Part shown: positions 40,423-50,743 of the stretch, in pieces
Numbering within the stretch: the stretch's first letter is position 1
Layout: each line of letters starts with the position of its first letter
Position numbers and translations under genes: made by a program
DNA from: Candidatus Latescibacterota bacterium
GTDB lineage: Bacteria > Latescibacterota > UBA2968 > GCA-2709665
Assembly: GCA_965226795.1 (NCBI GenBank)
Contig: CBDDDZ010000005.1
Span: 1,216,001-1,280,000 of the forward strand
Direction of reading: 5' to 3'
Length of the DNA: 64,000 bases
Notes under the pieces: model-generated
Databases searched by the model: none
What the model saw: the letters and a program-made list of their open reading frames with translations, nothing else
Told to the model about the DNA's origin: nothing

Positions 40423-43400
40423 ATGATTAAAGCTCTTGACCGCAAAGGCACCTGGTGGACTTACTCCATCGCTGATGGTCTTTCCGGGGCGCAGAATTGA
40501 ACATATCGCCGAGGATAGCAAGGGCTTCCTCTGGTTCGCCTCCTGGGACAACGGGGCCAGCCGCTTCGATGGGGAGGAGTTCCGGAAATTTACGACATTG
40601 GACGGTCTTGCGAGCGACTGTGTTCATGTTATTTACGAGGACAGTCAGAAACGGTTATGGTTCGGTACGTTTGGTGGGGTCTGCTGGTACGACGGAGCGG
40701 ATTTCCACCATCTGGAGGACGAGGGGATTGCAGGCCGAGCCGTGCAGTTCATTTACGAAGACAGGGAGGGCCGTACGTGGTTTGGTGGCCAGGGCACCCT
40801 GGGATATTTCGATGGCGCCAGGTTCCACGACCTGATTCCGCTCTACCTTCGGCACTACAAACGGCCGCCCGCCTGTCACCTGAACGAACAATGTCGGGGC
40901 ATCGCCCAGGACCCCGAAGGCCGCCTCTGGTTCGGGTTCGACTATCTCATCCGCTTCGACGGTACCTCCTTTTGCCGCTATGGGAAAGAAGAGGGCTTTC
41001 CGAACGGGCCCGTCAGCTATGCCGTCGGGCAGGATCCTGCCGGCAGGGTGTGGGTAGGTCGTCGTAGACACTTGAACGGACTCCGTTGCTATGCCAATGG
41101 CACATTTCAACCTTTTTTGCTGGAATTTTGCGGCGCGCTGCGCAGAATTCAGAGCGACCGTGAAGGTCGCATGTGGTTCAGTTCGGCAGAAGGTGTGTTC
41201 TATCAGGATGGAGAAGGGTTCAGCAGATTCACAACTGCCGATGGGCTGCCCCATCCTGCGGTTAAAGCGGTGTTCCAGGATCGCGAACATCAGTTCTGGT
41301 TCGCAACGTGGAATGGTGTTGGCCTATACGATGCGCATAGTGTCAGCGTTTTCGACTTCAGTGCGGAATTACGCGAAAGGGCGAGCGAAATCTCGCGGAT
41401 GGTACTGGATAGTCGCGGTGATATTTGGATTGGAATTATATCCCCTGTCTTCGATGCTCGAACCAGGAGCGTCTTTCGTTTCGATGGAGAGCGGATCGAA
41501 TACGTAAGTGCGGAGCAGGGTGACGATATCAACAACTGTTTCGCCATCTACGAGGACCACGACGGGCGCCTGTGGTTTTGCGGGCGCCGCGGATTGTTCC
41601 GCTACGAAGGAAAGGAACTGAAGAGAATAGAAACGATCGAAGGTGTGGGCAAAAAACAGTGTCAGCTTAGTCACCCAGGATCGCGAAGGACGATTCCTCT
41701 TTGCCTATTGGGACGCGGGCACAAGAGACGGGAAGGATTATTTCAAGAGTGTTCTCTATGCCAGCCCTTTGAAGCTCATTTACCAGCAGGGGGAGCGATT
41801 CCGAACTATTTTTGCGGATAATGAGAAGGAAGATCCTCAAAGCCGCGTTGGCACCGTGATTGCCGGGCGCAATGGCGAGGTCTATTTTCATCTGTCCTAC
41901 GCCGAGACTTCGATTGGCGACAAGGGCTTCATGTGCTGGGATCACGAACATGGCCTTAGATTTCTTGGTGTCGGTGTAGGACTGAAGGGCCAACAGGTTG
42001 TCGATCTGCTACTGGCCCACGATGGCCACCTGTGGATTGCGACTCAGGGCGGGCTTGCCTGTTTTAATGGCAAGACCCTACACACCTTCACGCCTGAAGA
42101 TGGTCTGCCCAGCGAGCGCATCCGTTGCATCTTCGAGGATTCGCGAGGTCATCTGTGGGTCGGTACAGATCGGGGTGTGTTTCACTACAATGGCAAGCAT
42201 TTCCGAACCATCAGGTCACCGCATATTGGACCCGTCCGTCAGATACTCGAAGATCACGACGGATCCTTCTGGTTTGGCACTAAACCCGGTTATCTGGTGC
42301 GCTACCGCCAGCGCCAGACTACACCATGGGTTCGCCTCCTCCAGGTCGTTACCGATCAGGTCAATGATGAGTATGAGGAAATCATCTCGTCCGCGGCGGG
42401 ACAGCCTGTGACTTTCGAATACAAGGGGATGAGTTTTTCCACACATCCCCGCGACATGCTTTACGTATACCGCCTCAAGGAATACGACATCGATTGGCAC
42501 CCAGCGACCCGGGAGATGCAGGTTGTTTACCGGGACCTGCAGCCGGGAGAATATACGTTCGAGGTCAGAGCGATAGACCGCGACCTCAATTACTCGGAGA
42601 TAGCGCAGGCGCGGCTATCGGTAGAGACGGCCCCGACGACCGGCACTCCGACCTCCGTTCTCATCAGTACAGATGGCGGGGGCAGGGAGCTCATCGGTCG
42701 GAGCGAGGTCCTGAAGGAGTTTCAGATCAGACTCGCGGAGGTGGCACCTACCGATCTTACCGTGCTGATTCTTGGGGAAATGGGAGTAGGTAAGGGACTG
42801 GCGGCGCGTAAATTACACGCAATCAGTCGCCAAAGTGAAGGGCCCCTTGCGCAGGTCAACTGCGGCGCTGTGCCTGAATCGCTGATCAACAGTGAGTTGT
42901 TCGGTCATGAAAGGGGTGCATTCACCAGCGCGGTTTCTCGCAGGCTGGGTAAGGTGGAACTGGCCGATGGCGGCACACTATTCCTTGATGAGATCGGCGA
43001 TATGACGCTCACGACGCAGACCAGCCTGTTGCGATTGCTGGATGACGGTACTTTTGAGCGCGTCGGCAGTAGCGAGACGCTGAGCTTCCGGACGCGCATT
43101 GTGGCAGCGACCAATCGTAATTTGGAGGAAATGGTAAACACAGGTGATTTTCGCGAGGATCTCTACTATCGCTTCCAGGTTTTTTCGCTCTATTTGCCAC
43201 CTCTGCGCGAGCGCAAGGATGATATTCCGGAACTGGCCGAGCGTTTCAAGCATCGCGTTGCGTCTGGGAAAGCAAATCGCTCCCTTGTCGCCGGAAATCG
43301 TGGCGGTGTTGCAAACTTACGATTGGCCCGGCAATGTAAGGGAACTGGAGCACTTGATTCAGAGAGCCGCAGCCATCTGTCAGGGTTCTCGAATTGAATT

Positions 43401-43647
43401 GAAAGATCTCGGATCTTATCGATCGAAAGTCAAAGGCAGCGCTCTCGACATGGAGTGGACTCCCTTGTCGACTTCTGAAGACCGCAAAGTTGTGCCATTG
43501 GAGGAATTCGAGCGGCGCTATATCCTCAATGTTCTTAAAGCCACCAACTGGCGGATAGCCGGGGCCAGGGGCGCGGCGACTCTGCTGGGATTGCCGCCTT
43601 CTTCACTGTATGGGAAAATGAGAAAACTGGATATCAAACGCCCCTGA
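40423..43647 (+). CDS. sigma54-dependent activator: Reg_prop beta-propellers + Y_Y_Y + AAA+ + Fis-type HTH; frameshifts near 40487, 41650, 43263
   Basis: Repeats 'I.EDREG.LWF' and 'FTT.DGL'; 'YVYRLKEYDIDW...YRDLQPGEYTFEVRA'; 'GEMGVGKG', 'ELFGHERGAFTSA', 'LFLDEIG', 'FREDLYYR'; 'GAATLLGL..SSLY.KMRKL'. Confidence 0.9.
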
Positions 43648-43749
43648 AATTGTATCAAACCAATCTGTATATGGCCATATATGGATCTTTCAATCGTATG
43701 TGGCATTTATTTAGGCGTTTGCGGATAGATATCCAGGAGATCAGTTGCG

Positions 43750-43918
43750 CAAGACTGCGAGGTCGCGCCATTGGAGGAATGAGAACGGTGCTATATCCTC
43801 AAAGTGTTCAAAACCGACGACCTGCGGATAGCCGGGCAAAGAGTGGTACGACACCTCCCGGATTTCCACCTTTCCACTTTGATGAACAATGAGAAAGCTG
43901 AATATCGAACCTCCCTGA
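43750..43918 (+). pseudogene. Degenerate duplicate of a sigma54-activator HTH tail
   Basis: Reads QDCEVAPLEE*ERCYILKVFKTDDLRIAG...MRKLNIEPP* vs EDRKVVPLEEFERRYILNVLKATNWRIAG...MRKLDIKRP* of the activator. Confidence 0.75.
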
Positions 43919-43945
43919 ATTTGTATCAGGGTAACCGGAAACTGG

Positions 43946-44047
43946 CCATATATGGTTTTTTCAACTGTATATGGTCAGTCTTGTAATAAGCCATTTAAGA
44001 ATAAATATTTAAGAAATAAATCCGATTGTAGGCTGACCTTATATGGT
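43946..44047. promoter_or_regulatory. Putative enhancer (UAS), copy 2: CCATATATGG 43946, CTGTATATGG 43965, ACCTTATATGGT 44036
   Basis: Same arrangement as 39801-39901; a further site lies at 43675. Confidence 0.6.
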
Positions 44048-44150
44048 TAACGAGTGTGTGAGCCGGGACTTCCAGTCTGCTTGTTTTAAGTGTGAGATAT
44101 ACTAAATAAAAATAACAGTTTATGAATATATACGTGTCGACGGGTTCGCG

Positions 44151-44166
44151 TTGGCACGAAATTTGT
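44151..44166 (+). promoter_or_regulatory. sigma54 (-24/-12) promoter, copy 2
   Basis: TTGGCAC-GAAAT-TTGT. Confidence 0.75.
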
Positions 44167-44175
44167 CATATATAT

Positions 44176-44527
44176 CACAATTGTGCAACAATTCTTTCCG
44201 TACGCCCGGGGACTTTGGCTACCTGCACGCTCATTTCCCGCGTCCGCGGGTAAGTTCATCCATACAGTCGTTATCGCTCGTCACGTCACCTTTCCGGCGC
44301 CGGGATCAACGAAACGATTGGGTGGGCTCGTACAGCCTCATCCGTGTCTGCGGTGTTCCACGTTTTGCGGAAGGTATTGGCAAGCAATCCATTGCTAAGC
44401 CCATTGTCTGATTGTCCCGATGTGGTTGCTATCCATGACGATGTCGGCAGCCTTCATCCAACCTCGTTTTGGTCGGAAACTCACGACATCACCGCCCAGG
44501 CCTCTCAGGAGGATGGGCACAATTGTG
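44176..44527 (+). ncRNA. Candidate ~350-nt structured RNA/leader, copy 2
   Basis: CACAATTGTGC (44176-44186) pairs perfectly with GCACAATTGTG (44517-44527); internal hairpins; homologous to 40024-40370. Confidence 0.55.
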
Positions 44528-44570
44528 TATAAACGATCCCCGTGTCCAAGATAACCGAAGGAGAACTACA

Positions 44571-47500
44571 TTGCCCGCTAAACGTGCTCTAAGTGCGAAT
44601 TGTTGCTCCTCCGCAGATAACCCTGCGAAGAAAGTATCGATGCCATTAACGGCCCTGGCGGTCCTGGGCCTTTGTGTACTTTGGGCGGCCGCGCCATCGT
44701 GTGCGCAGTCTCAGGCTATCACGCTGTCCGAGACGTCGCTGGACGTGGACGAGGGGTCCAGAGCCACTTATCGGGTCACGTTGGGGACCTTGCCGACCGC
44801 CGACGTGACGGTGACCATCGGAGGTACGTCGGGTACCGACCTCTCGGTCAACAATACGAGCCTGACCTTCACCACGACCGACTGGAATACGGCGCAGACC
44901 GTGACGGTGTCTGCCTCAACGGACACCGACGCCACAGACGACAGCGCCACCCTGACGCATACCGCGTCGGGTGGGGATTACGGGACGGTGACGCAGGATC
45001 TTCCCGTCACGGTGAACGAGAACACCAGTGTGACCCTGTATATTTCCGGGTTTCTTTCCAGCATTTCAGAGGCCGACGAAATTTCGTTGTCGGTGCGTTT
45101 GAATACGCCAATGAGCGAAGCGGTTACGGTGACCTTTTCCGCCGCGCCGGGTGATGCGAACACGACTGCGGACGACTTTACCTTGACCCCCGATCCTCCG
45201 GAGATCACGATATCGGCAGGGGATTCACTTACTGATGCCACAGTGACGCTCACCCCGGTGGACGACCATAAGACGGGCCACAAGAACGTTCTACTGACGC
45301 TGATGTTGGATAACACACGGGTAACCGTGTCGGGAGGGACGACCAGGGATGTGTTAATCGTCAACGACGACCTGGCCCAAATAACCCTGGAACTGGCCCC
45401 CGAGCCGATATTCGAGGACGGTAGAGCAGCGCGAGTGAGGGCGAGGCTGGTCGTTTCCCGACCGCAGACCGAGCAGGTGACGCTGAGGGTTGCAGCGATG
45501 GCGGTCTCGCCGACGGTGGCCGGAGACTTCACGTTGTCCGGCGAGACATTGACGTTCGCACCGGGTTCATTCATGAGCCTGGGAACCGTGGAGATCACGG
45601 CCAACGACGATACGGACATGGTCAACGAGACCGTTACGGTAACGGCGGAAGTCCTGGAGGGACAGGGGGTAATAGAGCCCGATCCTCTGACTCTGGACAT
45701 CGTCGATGACGACGAAACGGGCCTGGTGACGATGTCTTTGCGGCTGACGCCGGATCGAATCACCGAGGCCGGCGGGTTCACTGTCAGTACGGTCACGGCG
45801 GAAGTGAGTCGTCCGTTGGCGCAAGCTGCAACCGTAACCATTGACGCTTCACCGAATCAGGATAACGCGACGACAACCGTGGATGATTTTACGCTGAGCA
45901 CGAATAAGGAACTTCTGATCGGAGTGGGGGAAACGGCGAGGCAGGGGCAGGGTGACCATTACGGCGGTGGACAACGACCTCTGGGAGGGTGAGAGCAAGA
46001 GTGTGCTGGTAACGGGAACGGTGACAGGCAACACGGGGATAGCGGCTCCATCGCAACGGGAACTGACGATACTGGAAGACGACGCCAGGACGGCGTTGTA
46101 TCTGAAAGCGACGCCGGCAAATATAGATGAAAACGGTGGCGTCAGCACGATTACGGCAGTGTCGACGGTGCCTGTTCCTATAACGGTGACCCTGGACGTC
46201 AGAGTATTCGGTTCTTATGTCACGCTAAGCGACGATACACAATTGACGATCGTGGAGGGGCAGACGACGAGCACCGGAACGGTAACGGTAACGGCGGGGG
46301 ATATTGCCGGCACGAATAGTCCCTCCTCGACCATAAGCTTCCAGAATCTGAGTTCCACCACCTTTTCCGTGAGGACGACGAGCGTGATAGTCCTCGATGA
46401 CGACAATACAGGCACTCAGTTGTGGATGTTGTTGTCGCCGAGTAGCATGGTGGAGGGCGACCAGTTCAGTACGGTGACTGCGTTCCTTACCCGTGCGGTA
46501 GCGGAACCAGTGACAGTGACGATCGCCATAGACCCGGACAACACAACGGCGTACCCCGATGAATACACGCTGAGCGGCAATCTGACGTTAACGATACCGA
46601 CCGGCCAGACGGCAAGCACGGGGACGGTAACGCTCACATTGATGGACAACGATTACTATGGCGCCAGGTTTGCCGCTAGGGTCGGTTACACGTACGAGGT
46701 AACAGCGGGACCTGCCGGCCTGCATGCCGCGAAAGTGCAAGATGCGTGGTCTATCAGGGAAGACGAACTTCCCCCGGAGGTGACGTTGGTATTGACGCCG
46801 GATGCAATTGGCGAGAACGGTGGGGAAAGCACGGTAACGGCGACGCTGAATTCTGCGGTTCGAAGTAACATCACCGTGACGGTGTCGGCGGAGGCGTCCG
46901 GGGACTTCACTCAGACGGGCCATACGCTGACGATTGCCGAAGGGTCAAAGACGAGCACGGGATCCGTGAAGTTCACAGCGATTAACAACGACGTTGACGC
47001 GCTGGACAAGCAGATACTGGTGTCGGGGTCGTTAGACATTGCCGAGGAGTTGCCCTTCGGTACCATCTTGTTCCCCTACAGCCGGCATCTGGCGATCACG
47101 GACGACGATGAGGCGGAACTGATCCTGTCGACAGCGTCGCTGACGGTGGGCGAGGGGTCTAACGCCACCTACAGGGTGAAGCTGGCCACAGAGCCCACGT
47201 CCAACGTGTCCGTCAGCATTGGCCTGCCGCCGGATACAGACATCTCGGTGGACAAGCCAGGTCTGACGTTCACCACCACGGATTGGAATATCGAGCAGAC
47301 CGTGACCGTGTCCGCGGCTCACGACGACGATGCGGTCGATGACGATGCCACGCTGACGCACACGGCCTCCGGCGCGGACTACGGGTCGGTGAGGAAGGAT
47401 CTCCCCGTGACGGTCACCGACGACGAGGCGGACCTGGTGATATCGCCTCCGTCGCCGACGGTGAACGAGGGGTCAAGCGCAAACTACACGGTGACGCTGG

Positions 47501-50500
47501 CCACGCAGCCTTCATCGAGTGTGACCGTGACCATCAGCGGGGATGGGAGGCCGACCTCACACTTGGCACGACCACCCTCTCCTTCACCAACGCGAACTGG
47601 AATACACCGCAGACGGTCACGGTGTCTGCAGGCCAGGATGACGACGCCGTCAACGACCGTGGGACGCTGGCGCACACGGCCTCCGGCGGCGGCTATGACT
47701 CGGTCAGCCGGAATCTCGCGGAATCTCGCGGTAGCCGTGACCGACGACGACACAGGCCGGGAGCAGGCGGGAGCTGAAGTGAGCGTATCCTTCGAACGGG
47801 CGAGTTATGCCGCTGAAGAGGGTGGGAGTCCGGCGCGCGTGACGGTGCGTGTCATGCTGAATGCGGACCCCGAACGCGAAATCACCGTCCCATTGTCGGT
47901 CGGCTTGAATGGCGGGGCGACAGACGAGGACTATGAGGGCGTGCCGGGACAGATCAGCTTCGGACCCGGCGAACTGGAAAAAACCTTCGACATCACGGCC
48001 ACCGACGACAATCTGGACGATGACGACGAGAGCCTGACACTCGGTTTCGGCACATTGCCAGAACGGGTTATCGAGGGCAGTCCCGCCTCGGCACGGATAA
48101 GTATCCAGGATAACGACGACCCGATGGCGGCCGTCTCGTTTGATCAATCGAACTATGAGACGGAGGAAGGCGGCAGTCCCACACTTGTGACGGTGTTCCT
48201 GAGTGTCGATCCTGAACGGGAAGTGACGATTCCACTTACGGTATCTTTCGGCAACGGCGCCACGATGGCTGACTACAGTGGCGGGCCGTCAAGCCTGAGT
48301 TTCAAGAGCGGTGAAACTGAAAAGAACTTTGCGCTCACAGCGGTTGACGACCGCGTGGACGATGACGATGAATCCGTGACACTTGGCTTCGGTACCCTTA
48401 CGCACAGGGTCGACGCAGGTCGCCAACTGAACGCGAGCGTCAGAATTATCGATAACGACGAGCGCGGCGTGACGGTATCGGCGGCGGCGTTGACGGTTCC
48501 TGAAGGGGGCGCCGGAAGCTACACAGTCGTGCTGCACAGCGCGCCGACGTCGCCGGTGACCATCGAAATTACCGTACAGGAAAACACGGAGGTCTCGGTG
48601 GATGCGGCGCAGTTGTCGTTCTCCGCGGAAAACTGGGACGCGCCGCAGGAAGTGGTGGTGCGGGCGCTGGACGACGACGATGCGGTCGTGGACAGGGTAA
48701 CGCTGGATCATGCCATTACCGGCGGCGACTACGGTGAGGTGACGGCGCCATCCGTTGCCGTTACAGTGGTTGAAGACGACGTGCCCGTGGTGACGATCGA
48801 AAACGAACGGGCTACCGAACACGCGGGAGAGATGGTCTTCACGGTTTTGTTGGATATAGAAAGCAGCGAGAAAGTTTCTGCAGAGTACGCGACCGCTAAC
48901 GGCACGGCAGCGGCGGGTATGGACTACACGGCAACGAAGGGCGTTGTGCGTTTTTTGTCCCGCTACAGACCCGAATGACAGTCAGTGTACCGATTATCGA
49001 CGATAGCGTAGAAGAAGACAGCGAGACCTTCACGTTGCGGCTGGCCGAGCCCCTGAATGCGATCCTGGACGGGAACGGGCATGTGGCTACGGGCACGATA
49101 GATGACAACGCCGCCGCCATACGGGCGCTGGAGATCTTTCTGTCGAGCGTAGGACGCATGGTGGCTTCGGACGCCGTCGAAGTCATCAGTCGACGGTTCG
49201 ACCCGCGCATTGGCGGCCGGCCCATGCTCACACTCGGAGGACGGTCGTTGATATTGAACCAAAATGAGAGTATCGGCCGACTGGCGTATGCAATAAACCC
49301 GGCGCAAGACATCACATCCGCGGCGGGCCCGGGTCACCGCGTGCCACCGGACCCACGGACGGCTCTGCTCCTGTCTCACCTGCGCCATGCCACGGTATGG
49401 GACGTGCTGTCGAGCAGTGACTTTCGCGTGCCGCTCAAAAGCACCCGCAACGCATCCGGATGGACCCTGTGGGCCGCGGCGCCATGAGCGGGTTCGCCGG
49501 TGCGCCGGGATCTACCCGGCGGATGGATGCGGATGCCTTCAGCAGCTACGTCGGCATCGACTACAACGTTCGGGCAAAGGCGCTCCTGGGCCTGGCAGCG
49601 ACACATAGTGTGGGCGACTTGAGTTACAGGGAGGCAACGTCAGGGAGAACGCTTGTACCTATCGACTTTGTGATAACCAGTCTGTTGCCTTATCTCCACC
49701 TGCAACCGCATCCGAGGTTAGGGGTGTGGGGGCTGTTCGGCTTCGGGCGAGGCAGCGTCGAGTTAATTGACGCCGACGGCGGCCTCGCTACGGACCTGAC
49801 GTTGCTGATGGGTGCGGGAGTCGGGCGTCAACACCTGACCACCCTGGGTGGCGTTGGCTTCGCGCTCAAGGGCGACGCCTTTTACGTGGAGAGCACGTCG
49901 GACAGAAACGCGCGGTTGCCTGAAGTACGGGAGGACGCGAAGCGTGTGCGCCTGCTCATCGAGGGACGCCACACCCACAGGAGTGGTCGGAAAACCCGTC
50001 TGAGCCAGAGTCTGGAGTTAGGCGCGCGGTGGGACAGGGGACGCGTCGAGAACGGGAGAGGTATGGACGTGGGCGGCGGCATCGAATACGCCCATACGGA
50101 GCGGGGCATCAGCCTGTCCGCGCGCGGGCGCTACCTGCTCCTGCACGAGCAGGCAGCATTCGAAGAATGGGGCGCGAGCCTGATTCTGCGTGTCAATCCG
50201 GGATATGGCAAACAGGGGCTGGTACTGGACGTGTCGCCGGTGTGGGGTGCGCCCACCGACACGGACGGAGCACTGTGGTTGGGCGTACCGGTCATGGCAT
50301 TGGGCGGTGCGGGTACCACGGGTGTGAGACCGGACCGGCTGAAAGTCGACGCGGGCTACCGGTTCGTGACTCCTGCAGAAAATGGGTCGGTCACGCCCTA
50401 TGGTGGCTGGTCAACGGGAAGCCGGAGGTACCAGAGGTATCGTCTGGGCGGGCGGATGGCCATGGCAAAAAGCGTCAACGTGAATCTGGAGGGAATTTGC

Positions 50501-50563
50501 GAAAGCCTGGCACAGGGCACTTCCAGATATGGGATCAGGCTCTTCGGACGATTCAACTGGTGA
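44571..50563 (+). CDS. Large surface protein/adhesin: Calx-beta/cadherin-like repeats plus C-terminal autotransporter-like beta-barrel; several frameshifts
   Basis: AAGGAG RBS and TTG start, signal-like segment; repeats 'LTFTTTDWN..QTVTV', 'VTVTDDD', 'YATANGTAAAGMDY'; barrel with alternating residues ending in W. Breaks near 45945, 47545-47725, 48955, 49478. Confidence 0.8.
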
Positions 50564-50743
50564 CGTTCGGGGTGAGCGGACTCGCCCTGCTCTGAAACTG
50601 AATGCCAAAGGGAGCGTGATAGCGAGGGAAATAGAACTACACGTCACCACACGGCCGGTTCGCTGCCAGTATCAACAATCCGAGCGGGAAAAGGCAAAAA
50701 GAAAACGGCCTTATTTTAACTATACTTTTTGGAAGAATAAGAT

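Noticed and set aside
40021..40500. ORFs 40021-40251(-), 40165-40500(+) and 44151-44411, 44183-44398, 44344-44532(+) as a duplicated small protein
   Set aside because: No frame is open in both copies and substitutions do not stay at one codon position. A long-decayed gene cannot be fully excluded.
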